Origin: Orbicella franksi
Lineage: Eukaryota
Length of the DNA: 64,000 bases
NCBI GenBank assembly: GCA_964199315.1
Contig: OZ116710.1
Coordinates: 20,398,001 to 20,462,000, forward strand
Reading direction: 5' to 3'
Shown here: piece after piece, positions 1-13,556 of the stretch
Layout: each line of letters opens with the position of its first letter
Numbering within the stretch: the stretch's first letter is position 1
The notes under the pieces: model-generated
Databases searched by the model: none
What the model saw: the letters and a program-made list of their open reading frames with translations, nothing else
Told to the model about the DNA's origin: nothing
Translations under genes and position numbers: made by a program

Positions 1-5
1 TAAAG

Positions 6-342
6 GGCTGTTTACCATTTACCGAAAAATTTCGGTCAGAATGTAAATGGTAAGATAATTTTGGTTCGACCGAACGGAGAATTTTCAAAATAAACAGAAC
101 GTCTTGAAAGGTAGTCCAAAAGTTCCAACCGAAATATTTGAATGGAAAATGTGCTTACATTTGCAATTCTTCACCGCCGTCATGGAATTAGGGTTAGGTC
201 GAATTCGTCAGTCTGTTTCGGTAAATTGGGTTTTTTTGAGAAAATGGTAAATGGCCAATCCGAACGGAACTTTCCATCAGGCAGTTTTGCTTACCATTTT
301 CACAAACCGTTGACGATTTCTCTGTGTAAATGGTAAACAACC
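6..342. mobile_element. MITE with 16-bp terminal inverted repeats (PIF/Harbinger-like, tentative)
   Basis: GGCTGTTTACCATTTA (6-21) is inverted at TAAATGGTAAACAACC (327-342) with 1 mismatch. AAG flanks both sides (3-5, 343-345), a possible 3-bp TSD. Non-coding interior. Confidence 0.6.
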
Positions 343-1058
343 AAGGTAACGTAGAGAAGATTCACCATTCTGATACGCGTTGTTTCCGTTCTCAGCCGAC
401 CGCGAAAAGGGACAAGATGAACCGGAAACAAAGAAGAGAAAGAAATCGAGCAGTAAGCACGAATCTCCGCGCAAGAAAAAAAGAAGGAGTTAAATATTCG
501 ACTGCCATGTGTTTTAGAAAAGAACAGTTCTAAAGCCAAGACCGGACTGAAGTTTGACGCTGTGCTGCCATAACTGACGAGTCCTCACCAAACATTAGCA
601 GAAGGAAAGCTGACTTTCACGAACATTGAGCTGAACTTGAGAAGTGGACGTTTGAACTTCTTCTGCCGTCGTGTACTGTTTTGTAAAATAACACAATAGA
701 ACTTAGTTTTCAACAGGATCGTACAGCTTGAAAGAGTTTTAAAGTCCCACACCCACGGTACAGCATTGCACACAGAACTGCGTACAGTATTGCAACGTTT
801 TTCCGGTGCTTTGCGCTTTATATCCAAATGGTTGTTGTGAATAACGTAACAGGTATATTTTGGGTGATCAGTGGCACCAAGATATCTTTGAACTCATTAA
901 AATATATAGAAGGAAGCAAAGAAAAGTAACGTGGTAACTCGAAATTCTTAATTTCGATCAAACACCTGTTAGTGGTTGTCAAAGAGAAAAAGTTTTTTTG
1001 GAAGTCCTGTTGTATGCGAGTCCTTTCTTCGTTGGTACATCTTCGCTGATGTCATGTC

Positions 1059-3372
1059 TGATGTTGGTCGCTGTTTTCACGTGGTTTGAGTGTGTGCAGT
1101 TTGTTGGTATTTAAATGATAATCACTCGTCCCAGATAAATGAAGGCGGAATCGCGATGCAAACGACTCGACCCCTATTGATTTTTGTTCCAACCCGTGAT
1201 GGTCTTAAGTAGTAGAAGAAACCAGATTTTTAATCGAGAACGCGCGTTCATAACTCACTTTATTTCTATTTGCTTAACATAGAGAGCTCTTTTCCGATTG
1301 GTCAGTATATCTTTCAGGACGTTTTTTCAGCCAGTCATAGTTGAGAGTGGAACTACCATGATTGCTTGACTGACAGGTCCAAGGTTTGCTCCGTTGCTTA
1401 GTAACAGTTGGGAAGACATTTTTCTCGACTGCTGACATCATTAACTCTAACATCATTAATATTGACGCGATTAACGCTATCTCAGTTTGATTACTTTTTT
1501 TTCAAACGTTACCCTGATATCGCAATATGGACGTACTATTTCAAGCATACTGTGAATTATTTCCGCCGTCAGTCATCCCGCCATCATGAATAAGCATTTT
1601 GTTTTCCAACGAATTCAACCTGTCGCTAGTGAAATTACAATCATCTATAGAAACTTTATTTTACATTGACTATCAAAGTACTGTTTACAGAAAGTTTGAC
1701 TTGACAACTTGAATATTAGTGTACTTAAACGAAGAAAGAAGTATAAAATATTTATTGCGTTCTTACGGCAGTTTGAGTGATAAATATTGTTTCGTTTTTG
1801 TTTAACCGCTTCGTCTACTAACTAAAAATTGAATTTCCCTTACTGATTGCCAAGCTTTCGTTTTGGCGCCTTGCTGACGATTTTCTTAATTCTCCTGACT
1901 TGTCTGCTTGATAACGTGTAGACGTTGTAAGGAGAAATTAGATGTCTGTCGCTCTTGGGAATTTGATGCCCTAGAAAACTATTATTCTCGCACTGGGCTC
2001 CTGTTCTTGGATGTTAGTCGCTGTTTTCACTTGGTTTGAGTGTGTGTAGTTTATTGATATTTAAATAATCACTCGTGCCAAGTAAGTGAAGGCGGAATCA
2101 CAATGCAAATGGCTCGAACGCTGTTGATTATTGTTCCATCCCGTGATCGCCTTTAGTAGAAGAAAAGACGAGTATTTTAATCCAGAACGTGCGTTCATAT
2201 AACTCACTTTATTCCTATTTGGTTAACAAGGGGAGCTCTTTTCCGATTGTTCAGTATATCTTTCAAGACGTTTTTTTCAGCCAATCGTCGTTGTGAGTCG
2301 AACTACCATGACTGCTTGACTGACAGGTCCAAGTTTTGCTTGGTTGCTTAGTAACAGTTGGCAAGATATTTTTCTCGACTGCAAACACCATTAACGCTAA
2401 CATCATTAATGTTAACGCCGTTAGCGCTATCTCCGTTTGATTACTTTTTTTCAAACGTCACTGATATCGCAATCATATGGACTGATAGTTCAAGCACAGT
2501 GAATTATTTCCACTGTTAGTCATCAGTCATCATGAATAAGCATTTTGTTTTCCAACGAATTCAACCTGTCGCTAGTGAAATTACAATCATGTATAGAAAC
2601 TTTTTTTTATATTGATTATCACATTACTGTTTACAAAAAGTTTGAATTGACTGACAACTTGAATATCAGTGTACTTAAATGAAGAAGGAAATATAAAAAA
2701 TTATTGCATTCATACGGCAGGTTTGAGTGAAATATCGTTTCGTTTTTGTTTAACCGCTTCGTCATCCAATCGTCGTTGAGAGTGGAACTACCACGACTGC
2801 TTAGCTGACAGGTCCAAGTTTTGCTCGGTTGCTTAGTAACAGTTGGCAAGATATTTTTCTCGACGGCAAACACCATTAACGCTAACGTCATTAATGCTAG
2901 CCCATTAGCGCTATCTCATTTTGTCTACTTTTTTTCAAACGTTACCCTGATATCGCAATATGGACTGATAGTTCAAGCACACTGAATTATTTCCGCTGTC
3001 GGTCATCCGCCATCATGAATAAGCATTTTGTTTTCCAACGAATTCAACCTGTCGCTAGTGAAATTACAATCATCTATAGAATTGTTTACAGAAAGTTCGA
3101 ATTGACGACTTGAATATTAGTGTACTTAAATGAAGAAAGAAATATTAAAAAAAATATTGCATTCTTACGGCAGGTTTGTTTGATAAATGTTGTTTCGTTT
3201 TTGTTTAACCGTTTCGTCTGCGAACTTAAAATTGAAGTTCCCTTACTGATTGCCAAACTTTCGTTTTAGCGCCTAGCTGACGGTTTTCTTAATTCTCCTA
3301 ATCTGTCTGCTTGGTAATGTGTGGATTTTGTATGGAGAAATTTGATGTCTGTCCCTCTAGGGAATTTGATGT
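1059..3372. repeat. Diverged tandem repeat: ~950-bp unit plus two partial copies
   Basis: Unit 1 is ~1059-1968 and unit 2 is ~2011-2763 (3'-truncated). Unit 3, ~2764-3372, restarts at the sequence matching ~2280 (offset ~484). Shared blocks include GTTGCTTAGTAACAGTTGG and CATCATGAATAAGCATTTTGTTTTCCAACGAATTCAACCTGTCGCTAGTGAAATTACAATC. Confidence 0.85.
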
Positions 3373-4276
3373 TAAAGGACGTACATCGGAAGGGCACATC
3401 TTGAAAAAACAAAAACGGCGAATTGTTTCCCCGTTTGTCCTAAACATCCCAGCTTGTTTATTTTTATTTTATTTTTGCTTCTATTATTGTCTGGGGTCTC
3501 CCTTAATTTGTGTCGTCGTCGCTGCTATTTTCAGCCAGTTAGTCCAACATGAAGTTGGATAGAAATTTCTGGTCATTTTGCGGTGGGTTTGTTTTTATTA
3601 TTTCGCTTTGTTTTTGGTTTTTCTTTATTTCTTTATTCTTTTCTTGGATTTTGGTGGTTTGCGTGCTGTGGTTAACTCTCCAGAGGTCAGCTGAGTACAC
3701 AATATCTTGCGACCACCTTTCGCATTCGCTTCAATTTCCTGAACGCATTGAATTTGAAGTGGCAAACCGTGACAGGTTAAAAGCGGTTAAATTTTTTGTT
3801 TATAATATGCTATATATATCTCTCTCGTGAACAATCTTATTGACTTCCTCAGTTACATAAGCATAATTGAACTGAATTTACTTTAGTTGACAACTTCTTG
3901 AGAAGTGTCAAAAGTTTGAAATTATGTACTTATAAGCTGAATTTTGCCAAGGGTTTTTGGAGCAACCAAAAGATTTTGAACTTTCACCATAACTTCGCAC
4001 CCAAAATGTTGCATTATATCATGGTTTACCATGTAACCATGGCAGTAATATCTGGTGACATGCTCGTCCGTGTTTCAACTATTGATAACCGTCCATCAAG
4101 CCTGTTTATTTATAATGGCACTTGAAACATAATTGGCATTTGTGGCCTGCTAGTTTATAATATAGCATCTGGATCCGACACGCAAAGTAAACATGCATTG
4201 TAAAGCCGCCGTGAAGTGAGTGCGTCCGAGGTGTAGACCAAATTTGTTTCGAGGTTTATAAAGCAGAACTTGGCGA

Positions 4277-5230
4277 ATGGAAAGCCTTACAACACCAGAA
4301 TATACAATGGGAGAAAACAAAGTCCCTCAGTCGGAGCCAGTACCAGATTGGAAGGTAGCGAGAAAGCTCTGGGGAGCCGCATGGGAGTTACACTGGATCG
4401 GTTTTGGTCTTGCATTCAGTGCGTTAGTAGTATCGTCTTCTGTTGCGTTGGTGCAAGCAAAGAGGAGGAAAATGTTTGGCCGAAAGCCTTATGTGATCGC
4501 TATTAACTCTTTGCTCTTGATTTTAGGCATTACGCGAGCGTTATATCTATTGATTGATCCCTACGAGTCCAAACAGAACGGAATTAAAATGCCAAAGTGG
4601 TTTGCACAGTTCCTGTTTAACATCGCTTTTCCGTGCTTGACCTCCTCGTTTGGTTTGATCTTTTTAGTTTTCCTTCGGGTCGCTAAACTTCAGTTAGTGT
4701 CGGAGAGACTCAACAATGCACGTTACCTCATTGCTGTGATATCATTTCACTTCGCCATCGTCGTAATCGCAGATATCGCCGCAGCAGTTGATTACTCAAA
4801 TGTCCATATTTTGTTCATCATATGCCAGTTGTTTTTCATCATCTGGGGCTTGCTACTATCGGCGACCTTCATCTACAGTGGACTCAAAGTTATCTACCGA
4901 GCGAAGAACGTTCAAAAACAACTCGAAACGCAAAGCGCGGCAAATACGTCTAAGGTTGCAAAGGTCACTATTGGGACAAGTTGTTTGGGACTCGGTATCA
5001 GTGCGTTACAGCTGTATTCGTTGGTGGATGTATATCGATTTTACAGCGACTTTACAGACCCGCCCCCGTGGTCCTGGTGGAGTTTTCAAACTTGTTCTCG
5101 CCTGTTAGAAGTCGCCATGGCTTGCACGATTGCTTACAGTGTCATGAAACCGTCTGCCCCTAAACGAAAACTCACGGTAAAGAAGAGTATTCTACGGTAC
5201 GAGAAAACAGCAATTGAAGGCATTGTATGA
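4277..5230 (+). CDS. PRRT3/PRRT4-like seven-transmembrane protein, paralog A (317 aa)
   Basis: ATG-initiated ORF with seven hydrophobic segments and the motifs PDW..A..LWG.AWELHW.GFG, R.LY(F)L.DPY, FPCLTSSF and PW.WW.FQ...RL.E, shared with three paralogs in the window. The AWE.H..G.G.LF-type TM1 matches my recollection of the PRRT3/4 membrane domain. Confidence 0.85.
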   Translation: MESLTTPEYTMGENKVPQSEPVPDWKVARKLWGAAWELHWIGFGLAFSALVVSSSVALVQAKRRKMFGRKPYVIAINSLLLILGITRALYLLIDPYESKQNGIKMPKWFAQFLFNIAFPCLTSSFGLIFLVFLRVAKLQLVSERLNNARYLIAVISFHFAIVVIADIAAAVDYSNVHILFIICQLFFIIWGLLLSATFIYSGLKVIYRAKNVQKQLETQSAANTSKVAKVTIGTSCLGLGISALQLYSLVDVYRFYSDFTDPPPWSWWSFQTCSRLLEVAMACTIAYSVMKPSAPKRKLTVKKSILRYEKTAIEGIV

Positions 5231-6938
5231 GGAAGTAAGAACTGAAGATTCCTTATGCGCCACTTGGTGCAAAGTGGAAAGACAAGTGCATATCTAAAAG
5301 TGTTTTTACGGAGAGTAGTTCCCACGGTTCAGTAAGGAAGTCGTGCTTATTTAAATTCATTAAACCGCCAACTGATAGTGGCTTCACAGTGTTCAGTCCG
5401 GCTTAGATCGTGTCACAGTCGAACGTTGTCACAGCTGAAATTGCCAGAAGTAATCTTTCTTACCCGTTTTCTTAAAATCATAGGCATCGTTGCTGCTCTT
5501 TGGTTCATTGATTCCTCTTTGATGTTTTTCTAGTTCAGTTAACTTAAAGTTTTTAGAGTTTTCTTTGATTCGAAGCCGGTGTTTGTGTACAGGGCTAGCA
5601 CTGTCCATGGTGACTCAGCTTCGGAAGCGACACAATCTGACGGGCCCTTCGCCGAAAATCAATAATTCGTAACCGTTCTCAACAGAAGCGCAAAGCGCAT
5701 AGCAACATGTCAACCATAAAAAAAATGCATCTTGTAAGTTGAAGAAGATTTGACTAGGTGTTTGAACATTCCTAATTTTATTATGCTTCGATTTTACGCA
5801 GGTGAATGCCAAGGTCGTGTATTGTATAATTTCCAGTATGTTCTTTTGACGGTAAAGCTTAATTACGGCCGCGCGCCGCGAGAAGAATATATTTAATATC
5901 TGTATAGCCCCGGAAATGATTCAGCTCGCTTCGACGAAAATAATCGGCCCCCAGGCAGGTTTTCGCGCACGCCTCTCCGCGATTCGATGCACGTGCACAA
6001 AGATGACTGTCAAAATCTACGAATAATTGTTCTTCTTCTTGGATTTGAGTTGCATTACAGGCTCTACGTGTAAGGCTCATACCTCCAAGAAATTTGACGT
6101 TTCGCGGAGGAAATGAATGTCATAAGAACAAAATAAATATGGTTACACGGGTCAATCGCGTTACGTAACACAAGAGATGACAAGATCGACGAGGTGTGCG
6201 TAGACACGAGGTTTTTTCCATATCACGGAGATGTCTGAATTATAGAGGCAGAAATTATATGAATTCTGGTTTCTCTGGGATCAAGCGAACTGTCCGTAAT
6301 ATAGAGGTGTTCCTGTTATGTAAGTGTCCATAAGGAAAAGCTCGAATGTATTTAAATCTCAGGTCTCAGAAGAGAACAACGGACATTTTCTGGGAAAGCG
6401 CACTTAAAACCATAGTGCAGCCTTACTAGTAACTAAGAGGTATTTCTAAGCTAGTAAACGTGCGGCTCTTTAGTTAATATTTCTATAAAACAGTTAGAGA
6501 CTCGATTGGCCTTGGTTGTAATATAATTGAGATTGTGGCTCATTACATGATGTACAATAAAATAAGGCAATTATGTCAGCTTATGTCTGCCACTGTCTAA
6601 GTCAAGCCAAAACGATCAGAGAAAAATAAGATAGAACAAAGAAATTCGAGTTTCACTTTAAGGGATTTCACAAAACCTGTAACTGTAAACAAATGTTAAG
6701 ACATTGCGTATCTGTTCGTTACAGGCAAAAAAAAAATGCTATGGAATTGTTTAATGGCCTGTTCTCACAATGTTAGCTTATTGTCTAGTATCTAATTTAA
6801 TGGTGTCTGTGAACATGACATTGTTCAGGCAAATTAAAAGCTGTAACCTCGTAAAAAGAACTATGGAACTTCATGAACTTCTAAATGTATATTTTACCAA
6901 GACTATGTTTGTTCATTCTTGACTTTGGGTTTACTTAA

Positions 6939-7832
6939 GGACGGTGCCTACTAGATACAAAGGTCTTTGCGCCAGGTTAGGACCACGCGGAAAAAGCAGA
7001 TCTTTGCAAGGGCAACTGGAATCTCCGAAGAAAAATTGGGGTAGCCATGCATTTTTTCGAGAAAATTAGCCTCAAATTTCCACAAAAATGCTGTCACCAG
7101 CATTTTTCTGACAAAAGAAGGAAAGGATATTTCTTGACAGATTTCCTTAGAATTCGCCTTCACAGACAGAAAAGCAAACACATTTATAAAAATCTAAAAC
7201 TACATGGTAAATGGTAACAAAAAACAATTTTTGGTATGTTTTTAATAACAAAATCGTTGCAATGGCGCTTTTAGGGTCTCTGACAGCCTTCCTCTGGTTC
7301 AGCTAAAATACAGTCTAAATACCTTTTGTTCACAACCAGAAACTAATCACGTGTTGAATAGGCTTGCCACTTTCATTTCCTAACATAAAATGTAGGGGTA
7401 GCCACGCGTTTTTTGAAGTTATTGATCTTTTTTGAAAACCTTTGAGGTGCCCGTTACATATTTTCCTGTCACCTCCCCAGTAAGTAAAACATTTGCGTAT
7501 CTCGAACTTGTTTTGCGCGCGCACTACGCCATCTGCAGGTACATGTTTACAGTTGGATTTCAGCATAATTTGCGACAGATGACAGCTAGTTTTTCAGCTG
7601 GAAGACGTTAATAGCTAGTGGTCAGCGATATACTGTTATTCTGGTGTTCCTAGTTTAAGCACAGGTTCTTTAAACTTGACTTGATCAGTGGGAAAATTTT
7701 TGCGTTCATTTTAGTCGTGTACTTCGTAGCGTAGTTGATTGCATCAGTGTCAACCCAGCGCGCGCGTGGCGCTTAAACCTGCCTTGCGTGATGCGCAGAA
7801 CGTGTGCGCACTAACAAAAGTAGGCACCGTCC
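6939..7832. mobile_element. Non-autonomous TTAA-flanked DNA transposon (Kolobok-like, GG..CC ends)
   Basis: TTAA (6935-6938) + GGACGGTGCCTACT ... AGTAGGCACCGTCC + TTAA (7833-7836): a perfect 14-bp TIR with TTAA duplication and no coding capacity. The superfamily is inferred from the RR..YY termini and TTAA. Confidence 0.8.
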
Positions 7833-10800
7833 TTAAATTATAGTTCTCGGCTGAGGTCTGAAATGTAAAGCAAACAAAGCTTTCGACCGTATCTCCCACC
7901 AGGGGTGGTGGGGAAGGAGGGAGGAATCCCACGTAAAAAGAACGGGGGTGCTCGTCGTACCTGTTAAGGTTAAAAACACGGTTTTGGTGCCTCTTAGAGT
8001 GTCCTGCGTCAAAAGGTCCACAGCAGGACCTTTTGTAGTACCCTTTAGGGTATTGAGCGGAGAAAAAATATGACAGGAGATATTTTGTTGTTTGAGAATG
8101 GGTACCTTTCAGGGGTGAAAAACATTTCAAGCCACACCCACAAAACAGGATCCTTGGTACCTCCTGAGGTGTCCTCCCGGGATCTCACAGTCATCCTCGG
8201 CAAAAAGGACGAAGAAGACGGTGAGATACGGTCGAAAGCTACGTTTGCTTTACATTTCAGACCTTAGACGAGGACTATTATTTATATTTTGCCACTGAGT
8301 TCTCGAGAATTAGAACAACTGAGTTTGACCAACTGTTGTGATATTCTTATGAGAGCAGCTGACTTGATTGCTTTTTAATCTTTAAATATTGTTCTTACTA
8401 AGTTGTAAACCCAAGTTCCACTTTATAACCACTCAATTTTAATGTATTTCTTGTAATAACAAGATGAGAAAATTTGGTGTTGAAAAAAACCCGACTATTT
8501 CACTGATCAAAGTTGGAGTTTTCATAACTCATCTTAGATTTTTCTTGTGTGGAGAATTTGATAAGGACCAATACTGAGTCTACTGAGCCAGGCTTTTCCT
8601 TTATATAAGCATCCACGCATGCGTGACTGTTTGGATCGTTCCAACCCTCCCTCATAGGAAGAAATGCTCTCTCGGTATGTTAGCACACAAGTTATTAGCA
8701 GGGAGATTATGACGGTTTCTGAGTAATATCTTATTTTACAACAATCAAAAGGAACACCTGGTATTATACGTTAAATAAAATTTCCGTGAGCTCGCGTGAG
8801 GTACGCCCGGGTAATTTTTTGCGTTGTCGTTAATACATGTAATTAATCACCTACTTTAGACAGCAGCACGCTAATGATTTTTCTGAGACAAATGCCAAAC
8901 TACATTGTATCTCTTGCCGTTTTAAAAATAAAACTGACACGGCTTGCTTAAAATAATATTCAAAGGGTAGATAGAGTCTTTGGCATCAAACAATCGAGAG
9001 TTTATATCACAAGTAAACCCTAATGGCGTGGAAGCCATCGCGAAATACAGGAAAACTCAAGTTAGACAAGCATCTTTATTTCTTGTGTTCACGCTATTTC
9101 GTAATAATCATGTTATTATGTAATGACAAGAATCAGAAGTCAATAACACTTGATATCTTACCTCTGATATGAAATTTATAAGCGCATGATCATGAGTAGC
9201 TGGTCATTTATGGCATGATCGCCGATTTCCCTGCAGACCTCCACTTATTTCTCATAAATATTCCATTAATCATATCCACCAAGAACTCAGGAAAATTGCT
9301 GACAAATGCCTCTTGTTTTGTTATTACCTGAATCCATATTTGCGAGCCTAAAATAACGAAACTTAACTAGCAGAAAATAGCCGTCATACGTGGCTGTTGA
9401 ATTGATGACTCGGCAATGGAAAATGAAATAAACGCACTCTATTTCAGTTTGGTTGAATTTTTTTGTGTGTGCTTTTCGTTTTCTATTTAACCTGGCTCAA
9501 CTATTGGGAAGAAATTCCATCAAAAGTTCATAAGCATTTTTAAAAGACTTTCCTATATTGGCCTCGGCTTGATCACATTGAGCTGTGCATTTCTTCTTGC
9601 ACGTACTCACTGTCATCAGATATCCGGCTTCATCACTGAACTGATTTGAAACTTCTTTTAAAAGGTAGGAAATTATCTTCAAATCGGCCGAAGGAGACAT
9701 GGACAAGGAGATGATAATCAGTAAGTCATAGATAAACAAGAAAGTGCAATTAATGAGTCTGACTTTTTTGTGTTTTTTCGACTATACCGACTTTCATGCA
9801 ATTACAAATTTCTATACCGTCTTTGAAAATAGTTGAGTTGCACTTTCGAGCTTATTGAGCAATCACCAAAAATATCAGTATTTCAAATGGCTTCACTTTG
9901 CCCGAGCGCGAGCCACTCTTAACAAAGCTAAGACACTCTTTGTGAAAGCTCTGATATGCCTCTGGAGACAGTCCCTTTGGCTTTTGATAACGGAGTTTTA
10001 TCTCAGTCACTTTGCCTTAAAGAAAACATCTCCGCGTTCACTGTGTAATGCTCGCGTCAATTTTGTCTAATTTACATTTTCACCTGGTTAAAGGTACCGA
10101 CAAACCTTTTATCGTCTCAGCTGATATTTATTTCTTCCTTCCCTGTTCATTTCCATGATTACATCGCGTGCAAACGACCAATTTCCTTGATGCAAAGAGG
10201 AAGGAAATCTGATCTGAAGCGCGTAGAGAGCTACTCAATGTTATTTTGTAGCACGTGAAGGAGGTTCTGAAATCGTCCAGTTTTCCTGGAAGGAAGGTAG
10301 ACCTGGGTAGTAAGTCTTACACCCTTTTATAGTTGTTCAATGACTAATCGCACCTTCTCCCTCTTCGAGGTGCAACTGAAACATTGAAATATTGTAATAG
10401 TAAAATGAAATCCGTTACAGTTTTCCAGATTGTAATCTTTAAATCGATCTTGTACAATATTTCCAAGTCAAGAGTGCCGAAATTTCATATATGTAGTGAT
10501 CTAGTTCTGTCCTATTCTTTATGATTACTCGCTCTTGTCTCTTTACCGATGTCTTTTCTTTGTGTTAGTTTTCAACACCGGGAAAATAGATATACGCTGA
10601 TATTTGCTCCTTCCATGGTTACCATGCGCACTTCTGCCTAGAACCCAGGCCCCAGATGTTTCTCATTTTGCCCAAAAAGGAAAAAAACAAAATGTGCGTG
10701 GAACGAGAGATGAATCGTCTCCCGCCTTCCCATGGTCCCACTCGGGCTGCGTGCGTAGCCTTTTGTTTGTCTACGCGCTTGTTCGATTAGTACGCGTTTG

Positions 10801-12869
10801 AGGAGGACGCCCCAAATTTCATTCATGTAACAAGAAGATCACGTGAGATAACATATTATTTCACAGCAAGGAGGAAAAGATTTTGCAAGTGTGCAGGTCT
10901 TCCAGAAGAACAGTACCTTCTTCAAGTGACTCTCGAGCTGGGCAAAATTTCCCTCTGAAAGCTGAAATGTTCAACTTCTTTACGGGTTTATATTTCGTTT
11001 AACAAGCGCGGCGAGAATATTGAAATTATTTTTAGAATTGATCGAATACCCAGGGAAGCGGTCGGAAACTGGCCAGTCCATCATTTCGATCTGGTTCTGT
11101 TTAATACCACTAAAGGAGCTCTGTTACGTTTAGGCTTCTTGAAAAGTGTAGCCTAAATTTTTCAAGTTTACGTTGTTTGGAATCCGTGTTAATCTTCTCC
11201 ATCCTTAACCATCCTTGTTCCCTTCTGGTTTATTATTATCTCTTTGGTGTTTTTCTGTTAGTAAACTACTATTTTCAAGTTTCCTTCAATTTAAAGATAA
11301 TTTTGTACGTGGCCAAAGTAATTAAAAACTTCGTGATTGAGCTCCTTCAAATTAAGGTCGGAATTTTTGCTGTTGTCATTGCGAAAGTGTTTTCTTTATG
11401 ATTTGGCGTTAATTTCCAACATCAGGTAACTTGGTGATGTTAATGGCCTCATCATTTGCGTTAATCTACTTTATCTGATCGATTTAGCCGCGTTTCATGA
11501 GCGTTATTTCCTGAACTAATGAAATAGTTAAACATGATTTCTATTATCCTTTAAATGAAAGATAGAAAGACTGTGATAGGCTGTGTAAAATTTATCCTTA
11601 ATTCACCTGTCAGAGAAGTTTACCTTGCATGTTTACAGTGCCGAATCATGTTTAGTTTGGTTAAAAGAGCCAGGTATTATCAATGCCCTACAAAGAGGTC
11701 TAATGAGTTAATGAGTTGTTTTTTTTTAGATAATTTTCCTCGACTAAAATCGAATTTTTTTTTTAATCTCAGGTTTTTTTATTCTTTACGTTTGGTCTCG
11801 CACTGTAAAAGTAAGTGTTTTATCATATTATATTCGTGACAAATCCTCCAACTGAAAAAGGCATCTTTGCGTTTCGCGAAAATTCGAAGTTATTTTATAA
11901 TTAAGGGAAACCTAGCTTGCCTTAATGAGTTATTTTTTCTATCTTCTGATTAAATTCTGTGAAATTTCTTCAATCACGCCGTTCTCTCTAATTGGACGTT
12001 TCCAACCTATATTAGCGACTTCTCCCCAAGATATGTGTTTCCTGCACATTGAGCGGAAAATATGGAACGAGATTCGTTTTGTTCAGTTTTGTTGTCATTT
12101 CCGATGTGTTTGGTCTAATTAACAAAAGAATTTAAACCTGGCAGGATTGATATTAATATTTGCGTATCAACAAAACCATTCAAACAATTTAGCGACAGGT
12201 ATCTTGCGTAAGAACTATGAAATAATTGCCTTATTGCATGCCACAAGCAGTGCGACGTTACTTCTGCTATGGGTTCGGTAATGCGGTTGTACGTCTCTGC
12301 ATGGCGGTAGTCAAGGTTCAGAGTGATCAATTATCATACAAAGCCAAGACTTAGAAACATCTGAATTCTGCTGCTGCGTGAAGTTGGATTCGGCAAAAGC
12401 TCCCGTTTGCAGCTAATTTGCTTGATATGTCATTCATTCAGCACTGGTTCGTCCAAACGAAGTGTCTTGCTTGTTTGTAGAGTTTACATTGTTGAATTTC
12501 AGTATTGACCTCAGCACTGACTTCAAAACAAGCACCGTTTATCAGGCAATTTGACTGAACTACCCTCAAAGAGGCCAATCTAATTTTCGGCTTCTCGTTG
12601 TTGAAGGCGAAACCGTTCGTTTTCGATCTCCAAGAATCTATTGGACAAAATATTGATTGCGGATCGGTATTTTACGACAGGCAGAATTTTACCAGCTGAA
12701 CTTAGGATTGACTATTATTTTTAACGGTGTATTACGGATGGTCTTATCAGTCAGCGTTTTGACTACATCATGGAAGTTTTTATCGTATCGCTCGACGTTC
12801 ATCTGTAGTGCAACAAAATCAGGTCTGGGACATTTACTCCCACATCTTGCTTCAAACAGTAGCGAAGTA
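7772..12869 (+). repeat. 5.1-kb direct segmental duplication, copy 1
   Basis: Matches 13496-18589 at offset 5724, then 5720 after a 4-bp indel near 8968. The ORF track repeats identically in both copies. Confidence 0.97.
7838..8280. repeat. 58-bp inverted repeat enclosing a 327-bp repeat fragment (second copy at 13562-14004)
   Basis: 7838-7895 (TTATAGTTCTCGGCTGAGGTCTGAAATG...CGACCGTATCTC) is the near reverse complement of 8223-8280 (GAGATACGGTCG...CATTTCAGACCTTAGACGAGGACTATTA). Confidence 0.8.
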
Positions 12870-13556
12870 TTTGCATTGCGCATCCTTACTGCGCATAATT
12901 TATGGCGTCATTAGTGCGCGCTTGTGCACGCGTATATTGAAAACATGACGGATTTGCCTGGATATTGAGCTCTGTCAGTTGAAAATTGCTCTAGCTCACC
13001 AACGAGCATGGGCACCCTAATTTTTTTCCAGTCGTTGTAATCAACTATTCATAAGCTTTGCGTGAGAAAAGACTCAACTAATTTCTATAGCTGAAAATTA
13101 AATAAATAAGAAAAATAGCAGATACACTGTGGTCTTTTCTATTTTGCAGTCGGTAACCACGTCAAGAAATTTGGTTCAAAATTTTTAATCAAGGATTTAG
13201 CTTTCTGTCTGAATCAAACTTAAACGTTTATTTGTGTCCGACACAATGTATTGACTGTAGTTTAATGCGTGTTCTTATGAGTCCGGGCTTACAAAGATGT
13301 TACAATTACTGGGAATGCGTTCTTATAATAAGCATTAAATAATGCCAAAATTGGGCATTTTCAATGCCTCACTGCTCCTTAATGAGCATGGGCACCCCCC
13401 TTTTTTATTTCAAAATTGAAGTTATCATATGACAAATATTCAGTGGACAAAGTTTGAATAAAAATCTATTGTCACTTTTATTTCAGAGGAATTACCTTAA
13501 ACCTACCTTGCGTGATGCGCAGAACGTGTACGCACTAACAAAAGTAGGCACCGTCC
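12870..13556. mobile_element. One-ended Kolobok-like MITE at the duplication junction
   Basis: Unique 626-bp spacer followed by the same right TIR (AGTAGGCACCGTCC-TTAA, ending 13556/13560). It begins with TGCGCA-N7-TGCGCA, the motif also found at the right end, but lacks a left TIR. Confidence 0.55.

Noticed and set aside
1274-2891. Three similar minus-strand ORFs (..VEKN.(F/L)PTVTKQ.SK.WTCQ..)
   Set aside because: Their starts, stops and lengths differ among the tandem units, so the similarity is explained by the DNA repeat alone.
9497-9739. 80-aa minus-strand ORF (also at 15217-15459)
   Set aside because: Non-ATG start, no recognisable motif and no partner exons; it is repeated only because of the duplication.
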